Shown piece by piece: positions 10,242 to 23,410 of a stretch of 64,000 bases of DNA. The notes beneath the pieces are model-generated. The model made no database searches. It saw only the letters and a program-made list of their open reading frames with translations, and was not told where the DNA came from. Position numbers and translations under genes: made by a program. Positions within the stretch are counted from its first letter, which is position 1; the number at the start of each line of letters is the position of its first letter. The stretch comes from an uncultured Actinomycetes bacterium. GTDB taxonomy: Bacteria > Actinomycetota > Thermoleophilia > RBG-16-64-13. The stretch covers positions 704,001-768,000 of the forward strand of contig CAVPLM010000003.1 in assembly GCA_963706025.1 (NCBI GenBank), in the 5' to 3' direction.

Positions 10242-11318
10242 ATGATCGAACGCCTCGCCACTGAGATAGAAGACAAGTACGCCGCTCTCATGGAGGAGCT
10301 GGCCGATCCCGAGGTGCTGAGGGACCAGGCCCGCTACGCCGAGATATCGAAGGCCCACTCCGATCTCGAGCCGGCATACCGCTTGGCGGTGGCCTATCGG
10401 GAGACGCGCGCGTCTCTGGAGGAAGCGGAAGCCATGCTCGAGGAGGGCGGTCTGGATCCCGAGATGAAGGAGTTCCTCGCGGAGGAGAAAGGGAGCGCTC
10501 GGGAGAAGCTCGAGGCGCTGGAGCAGGAACTGCGCGCCGCAGTCTTGGAGAAAGATCCGCGGGACAACAAGAACGTCATCGTGGAGGTGCGAGCGGGGGC
10601 CGGTGGCGACGAGGCGGCTCTGTTCGCCGCCGAGGTCCAACGCATGCTGGTGCGCTATGCAGAGCGTATGCGCTTCAAGACCGAGATCCTTTCCACCACC
10701 GAGGCTTCCCTAGGGGGTGTCAAGGAGATCATCTTCGAGGTCAGGGGTCGGGGGGCTTTCGGCGCCCTCAAGTACGAGTCCGGTGTGCACAGGGTACAGC
10801 GGGTGCCGGTGACCGAGTCCACCGGGCGCATACACACGTCCACGGCAACCGTTGCCGTGCTTCCCGAGGTGGAAGACGTCGAGATCCACATCGACCCCAA
10901 CGACGTGCGGGTGGATGTCTACCGGTCCACCGGCCCGGGCGGGCAGTCGGTCAACACCACGGACTCGGCGGTCAGACTCACCCACATCCCCAGCGGACTG
11001 GTGGTCTCGTGCCAGGATGAGAAGTCCCAGCTTCAGAACAAGGAGCGGGCTTTCCGTATCTTACGGGCCCGTCTGTACGATATGGCCCAGGCTGTGCAAG
11101 ACGCCCAGCTGGCTGCGCAGCGCCGCAGTCAGGTGGGTACGGGCGATAGGTCGCAGAAGGTCCGCACCTACAATTTCCCTCAGGGACGCGTCACCGACCA
11201 CCGCATAGGATTGACGTCACACCGCTTGGAAGCCGTACTGCAGGGTGAGTTGGAGGAATTCACCGAAGCACTACGGGCCAACGAGCGCACCGAGCAGCTC
11301 GCCGCGGCTGCTTTCTGA
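10242..11318 (+). CDS. prfA: Peptide chain release factor 1
   Basis: [22 protein letters not shown] (PxT), [22 protein letters not shown]. Confidence 0.98.
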   Translation: MIERLATEIEDKYAALMEELADPEVLRDQARYAEISKAHSDLEPAYRLAVAYRETRASLEEAEAMLEEGGLDPEMKEFLAEEKGSAREKLEALEQELRAAVLEKDPRDNKNVIVEVRAGAGGDEAALFAAEVQRMLVRYAERMRFKTEILSTTEASLGGVKEIIFEVRGRGAFGALKYESGVHRVQRVPVTESTGRIHTSTATVAVLPEVEDVEIHIDPNDVRVDVYRSTGPGGQSVNTTDSAVRLTHIPSGLVVSCQDEKSQLQNKERAFRILRARLYDMAQAVQDAQLAAQRRSQVGTGDRSQKVRTYNFPQGRVTDHRIGLTSHRLEAVLQGELEEFTEALRANERTEQLAAAAF

Positions 11319-11343
11319 CCGCCGGCGCGGAGGCGGGGTGTCT

Positions 11344-12945
11344 ATGGACAGCTGGACCATAGGTGCGCTGCTCGACACGGTGACAGGATATCTGCGGGAT
11401 AGAGGTTCCGCGTCACCACGGCTGGACGCCGAGTTACTGCTGGCGGAGACCCTCGGGATGGAGCGCATCCATCTCTACACCGAGTACGATCGTCCTCTCG
11501 CTTCCTCCGAGCTCGACCGTTACCGCTATCTGGTCGGGCGCCGGGCCCGGCACGAGCCGGTCGCATACATCCTCGGACGAGCTCACTTCCGTCATCTGCG
11601 CCTGGAGGTGACCCCGGCCGTTCTGATCCCCCGGCCCGAGACCGAAGAGCTGGTCGACGTAGCTCTGCAGCTGTTGCGCCTCCGACCGGCCTGGGAGGCT
11701 CTTTCGGACACGACGGCGGCCGCCGGCCCAGCGCCGGACCCTCAGGCCGAGGCCACTCCCGCCGAGGCCGGCGCGGAAGCGCCTCCACCGCTGATCGCCG
11801 ATGTGGGGACAGGTTCCGGGGCCATCGCTTTGAGCCTGGCCCAGGAGGCGGGACTCCGGGTACTCGCCACCGACGAGAGCGAGGAGGCCCTGGAAGTGGC
11901 CGCTCGGAATCGAGCCGCGCTGGAGCTGGAGGGACTGGTCGAGTTGCGGCATGCCGACCTGCTGACCGGAACAGCCGACGATAGCCTTCGCCTGGTGATC
12001 AGCAATCCGCCGTACGTGACCTCCAGGGACATGGGCACGCTCGCGCCCGATATCCGTTTGTACGAACCGGCTTTGGCTTTGGACGCCGGCGAGGACGGGC
12101 TCGCGGTCTTCCGCCGGCTCCTGCCGCAGGCGGCGCGGGTCCTCAGGCCCGGCGGCAGCGTGCTACTCGAGGTGGGCGACGGGCAGGCCCCGGCGGTCGC
12201 CGGCCTCGCGCGCGCGGCCGGCTTCTCCCTCCTTGCCGTACACAAGGACCTGTCCGGCAAGGAGCGTATGGTGGTCGGGACCCTTCCTGGCGCGGCCATG
12301 ATGCCTCTGGGGGGATTGGACGACCCTCAGTCGGTGGCGCTGGTCACGGCGCTCGGGGGAGGCGCGATAATCGGGATACCCACCGACACCGTGTATGGCA
12401 TCGCGGCCCGATGGGATTCGCAAGCGGGGGTACGGCGGCTGTTCGCAGCCAAAGGTCGGGGCTCCGACCAGCCGATGGCGGCGCTGTTCCCCTCGGTCGC
12501 CTCGGTGAAGGCAGCATTACCCGATCTTGATGGCCCGTCTACCAAGGTGCTCGAAGCGTTGCTACCGGGTCCGTATACGTTCGTAGTGGGGACCTCCGTT
12601 CCCCGCCCGCCCCTTGTGGGTACGGCCGACTCGTTGGGAGTGCGAGTACCTGATCATCCGGCCCTCCTCGAGTTCCTGGCGTCTCTGGAGGCCCCTCTGG
12701 CTGCGACGAGCGCCAACCTGAGCGGCCAAAAAGAGGCCGAGATGCCGGCCGACGTCGAACCCTCGGTCCTCGCCCACTGCTCGATCGCCTTCACGACCGC
12801 GGGGTCGACTCGCAGCGCCGGCCGGCCGGCCGCCTCCACCGTGGTAGACCTGCGTCCTCTCGCGACCGGAGACGCTCCCGCCCTTCTCAGAGAAGGGGCG
12901 GCGAACGGGGCCGAGACTCTGAGACGCATCAGCGCCCTCCTCTGA
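11344..12945 (+). CDS. prmC/tsaC: Release factor glutamine methyltransferase PrmC in frame with threonylcarbamoyl-AMP synthase TsaC/Sua5 (YrdC domain)
   Basis: [34 protein letters not shown]; then PTDTVYG, KGR, LPGPYT, GVRVPDH, TSANLSG, STVVD. Confidence 0.9.
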   Translation: MDSWTIGALLDTVTGYLRDRGSASPRLDAELLLAETLGMERIHLYTEYDRPLASSELDRYRYLVGRRARHEPVAYILGRAHFRHLRLEVTPAVLIPRPETEELVDVALQLLRLRPAWEALSDTTAAAGPAPDPQAEATPAEAGAEAPPPLIADVGTGSGAIALSLAQEAGLRVLATDESEEALEVAARNRAALELEGLVELRHADLLTGTADDSLRLVISNPPYVTSRDMGTLAPDIRLYEPALALDAGEDGLAVFRRLLPQAARVLRPGGSVLLEVGDGQAPAVAGLARAAGFSLLAVHKDLSGKERMVVGTLPGAAMMPLGGLDDPQSVALVTALGGGAIIGIPTDTVYGIAARWDSQAGVRRLFAAKGRGSDQPMAALFPSVASVKAALPDLDGPSTKVLEALLPGPYTFVVGTSVPRPPLVGTADSLGVRVPDHPALLEFLASLEAPLAATSANLSGQKEAEMPADVEPSVLAHCSIAFTTAGSTRSAGRPAASTVVDLRPLATGDAPALLREGAANGAETLRRISALL

Positions 12946-13056
12946 CCCCGGCGACTGGGAGCGCGGCGCCGGCTGGTCGCGAGCTCGACCTTCCGCCTGC
13001 CGCGCCTGCTGGGCTGCGTCTCCGACCTTTCCGCCCGCGGGACGCGCGCTTTCATC

Positions 13057-13065
13057 TGGTATGCT
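13057..13065 (+). promoter_or_regulatory. Putative extended -10 promoter for glyA
   Basis: TGgTATGCT about 50 nt upstream of the glyA TTG. Confidence 0.5.
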
Positions 13066-13115
13066 TGGCCCACCGGACCTCACCTGGCAGGACCACACCC
13101 AGTAGGAGACCAGCT

Positions 13116-14396
13116 TTGACCGTCGATCCCCGTTCGGACAGTTACGCAGACCTGGCGCTCAGGGATGTCGACCCTGCGCTCAGCGCGCTGATCACGCGAG
13201 AACTGACCCGGCAGCAGCGCAATATCGAGCTCATCGCCTCTGAGAACTTCACCCCCCTGCCTGTGCTGCAGGCCACGGGCAGCGTCCTCACCAACAAGTA
13301 CGCCGAGGGCTACCCCTGCAGGCGCTACTACGGGGGCTGCGAGGTTGTGGACGACATCGAAGCCCTGGCCATAGAACGGGCGAAGGCGCTGTATGGCGCG
13401 GAGCATGCGAACGTGCAGCCGCACTCCGGGTCCACGGCGAACCAGGCTGTGTATTGGGCCGCTCTCGAGCCGGGAGACCCGGTGCTGGCGATGAGCCTGG
13501 CCCACGGCGGGCATCTGACACACGGGCACCCGGTCAATTTCTCCGGTATGGGGTATACCTTCTTCCACTACGGGGTCGACCGGAAGACCGGGCGGATCGA
13601 CATGGACGAGGTCCGCGCCTACGCCCTCAAACATAGGCCGAAGCTCGTCTTGGCCGGAGCCAGCGCCTACCCCCGGGCCCTGGACTTCGCCGCCTTCCGC
13701 GCGGTGGCGGACGAGGTAGGGGCCGAACTGATGGTGGACATGGCGCACATCGCCGGGCTGATCGCGGGCGGGGTGCATCAGTCGCCCTTTGCCTTCGCGG
13801 ATTGGGTCAGCACGACGACCCACAAGACGCTGGCTGGACCCCGGGGCGGCGCCTGTTTCTGCCGGGCCGAAAACGCCGCCCGGCTAGATCACGCGGTCTT
13901 TCCCGGCCTGCAGGGGGGACCGTTGGAGCATATCATCGCCGGCAAGGCGGTGTGTTTCTTTCTCGCGATGACCGATGAGTTCAAAGCGAAGCAGCGGCGC
14001 ACTGTGGAAAACGCAGCCGCGCTGGCCGAGGGACTCTTAGAGGGTGGTCTGAAGCTCGTCTCAGGGGGTACCGACAACCACCTGATGCTGGTCGATTTCA
14101 GCGGTACTGAGATGACGGGCAAGCAGGCCCAGGAGCTCCTCGACCGGGTGGGGATCACGGTCAACAAGAACAGCGTCCCTTATGACGAGCGCCCGCCGAC
14201 GATCACCTCCGGGGTGCGGTTGGGCACGCCCGCAATGACCACTCGGGGCTTTGGTACCGGCGAGATGCGAGAGGTGGCCCGTATCGTCGTGGACACGTTG
14301 ACTTCGGAACCCACCGAGGCGAATCTCGATCGGTTTCTGAAGCGCAGCCGAGCACTGACCGAGGCTTTCCCTCTCTATCACTCTCTGGATATCTGA
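13116..14396 (+). CDS. glyA: Serine hydroxymethyltransferase
   Basis: [42 protein letters not shown]; AGGAG RBS before TTG 13116. Confidence 0.97.
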   Translation: MTVDPRSDSYADLALRDVDPALSALITRELTRQQRNIELIASENFTPLPVLQATGSVLTNKYAEGYPCRRYYGGCEVVDDIEALAIERAKALYGAEHANVQPHSGSTANQAVYWAALEPGDPVLAMSLAHGGHLTHGHPVNFSGMGYTFFHYGVDRKTGRIDMDEVRAYALKHRPKLVLAGASAYPRALDFAAFRAVADEVGAELMVDMAHIAGLIAGGVHQSPFAFADWVSTTTHKTLAGPRGGACFCRAENAARLDHAVFPGLQGGPLEHIIAGKAVCFFLAMTDEFKAKQRRTVENAAALAEGLLEGGLKLVSGGTDNHLMLVDFSGTEMTGKQAQELLDRVGITVNKNSVPYDERPPTITSGVRLGTPAMTTRGFGTGEMREVARIVVDTLTSEPTEANLDRFLKRSRALTEAFPLYHSLDI

Positions 14397-14869
14397 TGTC
14401 TGGTCCGGGGAAGAGACCGGTCCTACCGGCTCGCCCGGATTGGGAGGACTACTTCATGGAGATCGCGCGGGTGGTCTCCACGCGTTCGAGTTGTCTACGC
14501 CGGCAGGTAGGAGCGGTCCTGGTTAAGAACCGGCAGATCCTCGCCACTGGCTACAATGGGGTTCCCAGGGGTCTGCGCCACTGCGGCGAGCGTGGCTGCC
14601 TGCGGGACGAGCTGGGGATCCCCTCTGGAGAGCGCCACGAGCTGTGCCGAGGCCTCCACGCTGAGCAGAACGCGATCATCCAAGCTGCGTATCATGGAGT
14701 GGCCGTAAGCGGGGCCGAGGTCTACTGCACACATCAGCCCTGTGCGCTGTGCGCCAAGATGCTGGTGAACGCCGACGTGGTGGCGGTCTATTTCAAGGGT
14801 GACTACCCGGACGCCCTGGCTATGGAAGTGTTCGAGGAGGCGGGCACGCGACTGGTGCACGTCAGATGA
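14396..14869 (+). CDS. dCMP deaminase (ComEB-like)
   Basis: [38 protein letters not shown]. Confidence 0.93.
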   Translation: MSGPGKRPVLPARPDWEDYFMEIARVVSTRSSCLRRQVGAVLVKNRQILATGYNGVPRGLRHCGERGCLRDELGIPSGERHELCRGLHAEQNAIIQAAYHGVAVSGAEVYCTHQPCALCAKMLVNADVVAVYFKGDYPDALAMEVFEEAGTRLVHVR

Positions 14870-14886
14870 AAACTCCATATCGTTTC

Positions 14887-14915
14887 TTGCGGTTGGGGAG
14901 GCCAGAGTCTATAAT
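14887..14915 (+). promoter_or_regulatory. Sigma70/SigA promoter of the atp operon
   Basis: TTGCGG (14887-92), 17-bp spacer, TATAAT (14910-15). Confidence 0.75.
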
Positions 14916-14929
14916 GCGACGGGCGCAAT

Positions 14930-15116
14930 TTTGAGCAAGGGTCCCCATGGCGGCACACCGGAGCGGGGAGTCTTGCGTTCACGTTTGTTGCCCTGGTGCT
15001 GGTCTTCACCGGTCTTGGCTATCTGGCCGATCGTTGACTCCGCACCGGGCCCTGAAGGCCGCGGGAAAAGCGAGGGCACGAACGAGGACGACGGATCGCG
15101 CGGGCGTTCCTCGTAA
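14930..15116 (+). pseudogene. AtpZ/AtpI-family (ATPase_gene1) remnant
   Basis: Frame reads SPWRHTGAGSLAFTFVALVLVFTGLGYLADR*LRTGP*, matching the GYxxDRWLxTxPW pattern; no clear start and second TM helix absent. Confidence 0.65.
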
Positions 15117-15145
15117 CAGACGGATAGGTTGACGGGGAGGAAGTT

Positions 15146-15472
15146 CTGGGGCTGACGCTGATATCCGTGGCCATAGGTCTTGGTCTCGCCGCCGCGTACC
15201 ATTTCCTTTCCATGCGGTTGCAGGTTTGGGTCGCTCAGCGGAGTTCCGCCATGGTCCCGGCTGTCACCGTTCTCGGGTTTCTCTTCCGGCTCACGGCTCT
15301 GGCCTTGATCCTAGTTGTCTTGGGCCTGTGGACGTCCCTGAACATATTGGCCGTGTGTCTCAGCTTTGTGGCTTTGTTCACCGTCTTGAACGGCTTCTCG
15401 CTCTACAGTCTGATGAGCAAGCGCAAAGGCGCGCCGCCCCCAGCGGGCGCCGGCGGTCCGCAACAGGAGTAG
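15146..15472 (+). CDS. atpI: ATP synthase protein I-like membrane protein (probable CTG start; alternative GTG 15167)
   Basis: Hydrophobic multi-TM protein with FLFRL motif directly before atpB; GGGGAGG 5 nt before CTG. Confidence 0.75.
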   Translation: MGLTLISVAIGLGLAAAYHFLSMRLQVWVAQRSSAMVPAVTVLGFLFRLTALALILVVLGLWTSLNILAVCLSFVALFTVLNGFSLYSLMSKRKGAPPPAGAGGPQQE

Positions 15473-15475
15473 TGG

Positions 15476-16270
15476 ATGGTCGCCGAGGAGGGCGCAAACA
15501 AGATCGTCGAGGCTCTGCACGAACTAAGCGTGCAGACGATTGTCCCCCTCCCCAAGATAGGTCCGCTCGATATGTCCATCACCAATGTCGTGATCTACAT
15601 GTGGGTGTCCGCGGTCATCGTGTTCGCCTTCTTCTATATCGTGGCTAGGCGATGGCGGAAGGAACCGGACGGTCTGCAGATCGTGGCCGAGATTCTCCTG
15701 AACTTCGCGACCGGCCATCTCACCGGTCAGATCACCGAAAAAGGCAAGAAGTATTACTACCTCATCCTCACTCTCTTCACTTTCATCCTGGTGACCAACC
15801 TGGTCGGGCTCATCCCCAAACCGATCGCCCTCAAGCCCTACACCCCCACGACCAACATCAACGTGACCGCCGGTCTGGCCATCATTGTCTTCTTCATGGT
15901 GCAGTATCAGGGATTCCACCGTCACGGCGTCCGGGGATACCTGCGGTCCTGGCTGACCCCTCCGGGGGTACCGAAGGCGATGGCGGCTCCTCTCAACGCC
16001 ATCTTCTTCATGGTGCACTTCATGGGTGAGTTCTTTAAGCCCCTGTCGCTCGCCGTCCGGCTCTTCGGCAACACCGTCGCCGGTCACTTGATCATCCTGG
16101 TGATGCTGGGGCTCCTGCTGCAATATGCCAGCGTCGTGGTCACCATCCCGGCCTTCCTCTTCGTGGTCATCATGACCGCTTTCGAAGTGTTCGTGGCTTT
16201 CATCCAGGCCTACATCTTCTCGCTTCTTTCGGTCGTATACATCGAATCGGCCATAGAAGCCGGCCACTAG
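15476..16270 (+). CDS. atpB: ATP synthase Fo subunit a
   Basis: KPLSLAVRLFGNTVAGH, FEVFVAFIQAYIF. Confidence 0.97.
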   Translation: MVAEEGANKIVEALHELSVQTIVPLPKIGPLDMSITNVVIYMWVSAVIVFAFFYIVARRWRKEPDGLQIVAEILLNFATGHLTGQITEKGKKYYYLILTLFTFILVTNLVGLIPKPIALKPYTPTTNINVTAGLAIIVFFMVQYQGFHRHGVRGYLRSWLTPPGVPKAMAAPLNAIFFMVHFMGEFFKPLSLAVRLFGNTVAGHLIILVMLGLLLQYASVVVTIPAFLFVVIMTAFEVFVAFIQAYIFSLLSVVYIESAIEAGH

Positions 16271-16531
<261 letters not shown>

Positions 16532-16598
16532 GGACGTGGGCCAGCAGTACGCCGGCCGCGTGACATTGTGACCAGGCGATCAATGGCATAGGTTCAGC

Positions 16599-17105
16599 AT
16601 GCAAATATTCGAACTAAATCCGGGGCTCTTTTTGTGGTCGGTGATCACGTTCTTGGCGCTGGTGGGCCTGCTCTACAAGTTCGCGTTCAACCCGCTCATG
16701 CGACTGCAGCAGGCGCGGCGTGCCGAGATCAGTCAGGCTATTCACGAGGCGGAGAAACTACGCGACGAAGCTCAAGGCCTGTTAGCCGACTACAAGCGCC
16801 AACTGGCGGTGGCCCGTCAGGAGGCCGAGACCATCGTCGACCGGGCTCGCAAGGCCGGTGAGTCGACCAAGGCGGAGGTGCTGGAAGAGGCGCGGGTGCA
16901 GGCTGAGGCCACTCTCGCGAAGGCCCGGCAGCAGATAGAGCGCGACACTAACAAAGCCCTGCAGAAGATCCGGACGGAAGTAGCCGACCTCACCGTCGCC
17001 GCCACCGAGAAGGTGGCCCGGAGCAGCCTGTCGAGCGAGGACCAGCTCCGTCTGATCCAAGAAGCCATCAACGAGATCGACCTGAGCAAGATCAGCGAGA
17101 ACTAG
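16599..17105 (+). CDS. atpF: ATP synthase Fo subunit b
   Basis: N-terminal TM plus coiled coil; operon position. Confidence 0.93.
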   Translation: MQIFELNPGLFLWSVITFLALVGLLYKFAFNPLMRLQQARRAEISQAIHEAEKLRDEAQGLLADYKRQLAVARQEAETIVDRARKAGESTKAEVLEEARVQAEATLAKARQQIERDTNKALQKIRTEVADLTVAATEKVARSSLSSEDQLRLIQEAINEIDLSKISEN

Positions 17106-17108
17106 GCA

Positions 17109-17664
17109 GTGAGCGAAGGCAAGATCGCACGAGTGTACGCGACCGCGCTCTATCAGGCGGCGGAGGAAGAAGGGCGCGTCGCCGAGGTGCGGCGCGACCT
17201 GGCTCAGTTCGTCGAGGCGCTCCAGACTACCGACGAGTTGCGCCGATTCCTGGTGGCGGAGGAGGTCTCCGACGCGCACAAGAAGGACGCCTTGCTCGAG
17301 CTCACCGAGGGCGGGGATGAGTTGATGCGCAACTTACTGCGCCTGATGGTGGACAAGAACAGGGAGTCCGAGCTGGAGGAGACCTACCGGGCTTTCGTCC
17401 AGTTGGTGGAGGAAGCACAGGGTCTCGTCCATGTGGAGGTGGTGAGCGCCGTGCCGCTCGCTGCTCCCCTACAGGAGGCTCTCCGAGCGAAGATCGAGTC
17501 GTCGCTCAACAAGACCGTGGAGCTGACCCTGACGGTGGACAAGGAGATACTGGGTGGACTTCGGCTGCGCATCGGCGATCGGGTCGCCGACGCGAGCGTA
17601 CGTCACCGGCTGGAGCGACTCCGTGAAGTGTTGATCAGCCCCATCGCTCATTTGGAGGATTCAG

Positions 17665-17681
<17 letters not shown>
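17109..17681 (+). CDS. atpH: ATP synthase F1 subunit delta
   Basis: [30 protein letters not shown]. Confidence 0.95.
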
Positions 17682-19189
<1,508 letters not shown>

Positions 19190-19195
19190 GAGCAC

Positions 19196-20090
19196 ATGGC
19201 ATCTCAGCGCGACATAAGGCGCCGGATCGTTTCGGTGCAGAACACCAGGAAGATCACCAAGGCCATGGAGATGGTGGCTGCGGCCCGGCTGCGCCGCGCC
19301 CAGCAGCGGATAGAGGCCACGCGGCCGTACGCTCTCAACATGCTCGAGTTCATCGGTCAGCTCGTGCGCTACCTGCAGGTGGACGTGACGCAGTATCCAC
19401 TGCTCAAGGATCGCGATCAGATCAAGAAAGTGACGGTGATCGCGCTCACCGCCGACCGGGGTATGTGCGGGGCCTTCAACTCCAACATCTTGCGCCGCGC
19501 CCTCGACCGGATCGACACCTACACCGCCCAAGGGGTGGACAGCGACCTCGTCATAATGGGTCGCAAGGGTGTCGGCACGGCCCGCTTCCAGGGATACCGG
19601 ATCGACAAGGCCTATCTCGACGTGACGGAGCGCACCGCGCTTTCCTCGAGGCCCAGGCCATCACGAACGGGGTGATAAGGCGGTACAACGAACGAGATCA
19701 TCGACCGGGTGCATCTGGTGTTCAACCGCTTCAAGAGCCCGATGGAGCAATTCGTCACCGATCAGGTGATACTGCCCATCCAGGAAGAGCTCACCAGCCT
19801 CTATATGTCCGACCGACGCCTGCGAGCACATGGATTTCCTGTTCGAGCCTTCACCGGAGGCGATCCTGGCGGATCTCCTACCCTCCTACGTCGAGATCAC
19901 GATATACCGGGCGATTCTGGAGGGCATGGCCAGCGAGCACGGGGCCCGGATGACGGCGATGCGGAACGCCTCTGAGGCCGCAGACGAGATGATCGACGAA
20001 CTGACCCTGGCGATGAACCGGGTGCGGCAGGCATCCATCACTCAGGAGATCCTGGAAGTGGTGGCAGGGGCCGACGCCCTGTCCGGATAA
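19196..20090 (+). CDS. atpG: ATP synthase F1 subunit gamma, about three frameshifts (near 19635, 19692, 19810)
   Basis: [54 protein letters not shown] spread over different frames. Confidence 0.93.
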
Positions 20091-21593
<1,503 letters not shown>

Positions 21594-21605
21594 GCGGGGT
21601 GGATC

Positions 21606-22046
21606 GTGGGCCAGGAGGACAGCGCCTATCTGAGGCTGGAACTGGTGGCTCCTGCCGGCCTCGTTTACGAGGGCGACGTGGAGATGGTGGTGCTCCCGGC
21701 TGTCACCGGCGAAGTGGGCATTCTACCCAGGCACGCTCCGATGGTGGCCCAACTCGCGATCGGCCGGTTGCGGGCTCTGTCCGCCGACGGGGAGTGGTTG
21801 GTCTTCGCCGTTGCCGATGGTTTCGTCAAGGTCCAGTTCAACAAGGTGATCGTGCTTGCCGACGCGGCCGAGGAAGCCTCCAAGATCGACATCCCCCGGG
21901 TCGAGAAGGCCATCGAGCGGGCCACCGAGCGCCTGGAGATGCACCGCGAAGGTACGGTGCCGGAGGATGAAGACGTGGATCCCTACCGCGAGCAGTTGGC
22001 ACTCTATCGGGCCCGCAATCGTCTCAAAGTCTCCCAGCAGGCCTGA
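21606..22046 (+). CDS. atpC: ATP synthase F1 subunit epsilon
   Basis: GEVGILPRHAP, GFVKV, ARNRL. Confidence 0.95.
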   Translation: MGQEDSAYLRLELVAPAGLVYEGDVEMVVLPAVTGEVGILPRHAPMVAQLAIGRLRALSADGEWLVFAVADGFVKVQFNKVIVLADAAEEASKIDIPRVEKAIERATERLEMHREGTVPEDEDVDPYREQLALYRARNRLKVSQQA

Positions 22047-22049
22047 TTC

Positions 22050-23348
22050 ATGGCTGTGGGATCCGGAGAGCCGCGCCTGATCGTCCGCGGCGGGCAACGG
22101 CTGTCGGGTTCAGTGATGGTCTCCGGGGCCAAGAACTCGGCATTGAAGCTCATGGCCGCGTCCTTGCTGGCTCCGGGCGCCAGTCTGCTTCACAACGTCC
22201 CCGACATCCAGGACGTCCGCACGATGCAGGAGGTGCTGGAGCATCTGGGCGCCGTTGTAGCGTTCGACAGAGGCACCATGACGGTGGACACGACCGAAGT
22301 GCAATCGCACGTGGCCCCGTACGATCTGGTGCAGCGCATGCGGGCCTCCATTCAGATAATGGGCCCGCTGGTGGCGCGCTTCGGTCAGGCAAGGGTGGCG
22401 ATGCCGGGCGGCTGCAATCTCGGGCCGCGCAAGATCGACATCCACCTGCGCGGATTGGCCGAGATGGGCGGGGTGGTGCGTTCGGACCACGGTTTTGTCG
22501 AGGTCACAGCTGAGAAGCTTCGCGCGACCAACATCTTCCTTGACTATCCCAGCGTCGGCGCCACCGAGAACCTGCTCATGGCCGCCGTGCTGGCTGAAGG
22601 GACCACCATCTTGGAGAACGCCGCCAGGGAGCCGGAGATCGTCGATCTGTGCAAGTTCCTGGTTAGCATGGGCGCGGACATCGAGGGCGCGGGCAGCTCC
22701 ACGTTGCGCATCAACGGTGTCGAAGAGATGCATCCGGCCGAGCACACCGTGCTGGGAGACCGGATAGAGGCGGGAACGTTCCTCATCGCCGGGGCCGTCA
22801 CAGGCGGGGAGGTGGAGGTGACCGGCATCAGCCCCCACGTGCTCGAGCTTTTCTTGTTCAAGCTTCGATCGGTCGGAGTGCAGGTGCAGGAGAACACGCG
22901 CAGCATCAAGGCGAGCGGAGATCCGCGTTCGTACACGGCGGCGGATGTCGCCACCCTTCCGTACCCTGGTTTTCCCACGGATCTACAGGCGCAGATGATG
23001 GTCTTGCTCTCCATCGCCAAAGGGGTCTCGGTGGTTACCGAGAACGTCTTTGAGAGCCGCTTCGGTTTCGTAGACGAGTTGATCCGGTTGGGGGCCGAGA
23101 TACGGGTGGACGGTAATCACGCGGTCGTCAACGGGGAACGGTCGCTCACCGGGGCTATCGTGCGTTGCCCCGATCTGCGCGCGGCGGCCGCACTGGCCAC
23201 CGCCGGGCTGGTGGCGGAGGGCTGCACCGAGCTGCGGGAGGTCCAACATCTCGACCGGGGGTATGAGCGCTTCGACGAGAAGCTCCGGACCTTGGGCGCT
23301 GAAGTGGAAAGAGTCGGCGTGGGGCCAGGATCCTGCCGGTCGCTCTGA
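22050..23348 (+). CDS. murA: UDP-N-acetylglucosamine 1-carboxyvinyltransferase
   Basis: SGAKNS, MRAS, PGGCNLGPRKIDIH, SVGATEN, PYPGFPTDLQAQ, HLDRGYE. Confidence 0.97.
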   Translation: MAVGSGEPRLIVRGGQRLSGSVMVSGAKNSALKLMAASLLAPGASLLHNVPDIQDVRTMQEVLEHLGAVVAFDRGTMTVDTTEVQSHVAPYDLVQRMRASIQIMGPLVARFGQARVAMPGGCNLGPRKIDIHLRGLAEMGGVVRSDHGFVEVTAEKLRATNIFLDYPSVGATENLLMAAVLAEGTTILENAAREPEIVDLCKFLVSMGADIEGAGSSTLRINGVEEMHPAEHTVLGDRIEAGTFLIAGAVTGGEVEVTGISPHVLELFLFKLRSVGVQVQENTRSIKASGDPRSYTAADVATLPYPGFPTDLQAQMMVLLSIAKGVSVVTENVFESRFGFVDELIRLGAEIRVDGNHAVVNGERSLTGAIVRCPDLRAAAALATAGLVAEGCTELREVQHLDRGYERFDEKLRTLGAEVERVGVGPGSCRSL

Positions 23349-23350
23349 CC

Positions 23351-23380
23351 TTGGCCGCAGAACTGGCTGCGCGCTAGAAT
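23351..23380 (+). promoter_or_regulatory. Putative SigA promoter for the LCP operon
   Basis: TTGGCC (23351-56), 18-bp spacer, TAGAAT (23375-80). Confidence 0.55.
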
Positions 23381-23410
23381 CTCTTGTTCACTCGCGAGCG
23401 GAGCACATCA

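Noticed and set aside
12946-13060. ZTP (pfl) riboswitch upstream of glyA (GCGACTGG...GAGCGC and CGCC..TGGGC fragments)
   Set aside because: The GGUGG/CCAC stem is absent, the 3' motif is interrupted, and the region lies upstream of the likely glyA -10 box; an Infernal search with the Rfam pfl model would settle it
15035-15055. UGA-to-Trp genetic code reassignment suggested by two TGA at Trp sites
   Set aside because: Many conserved genes here end in TGA at their normal C-termini, TGG is used for Trp throughout, and RF2 with SPF and a UGA-dependent frameshift is present
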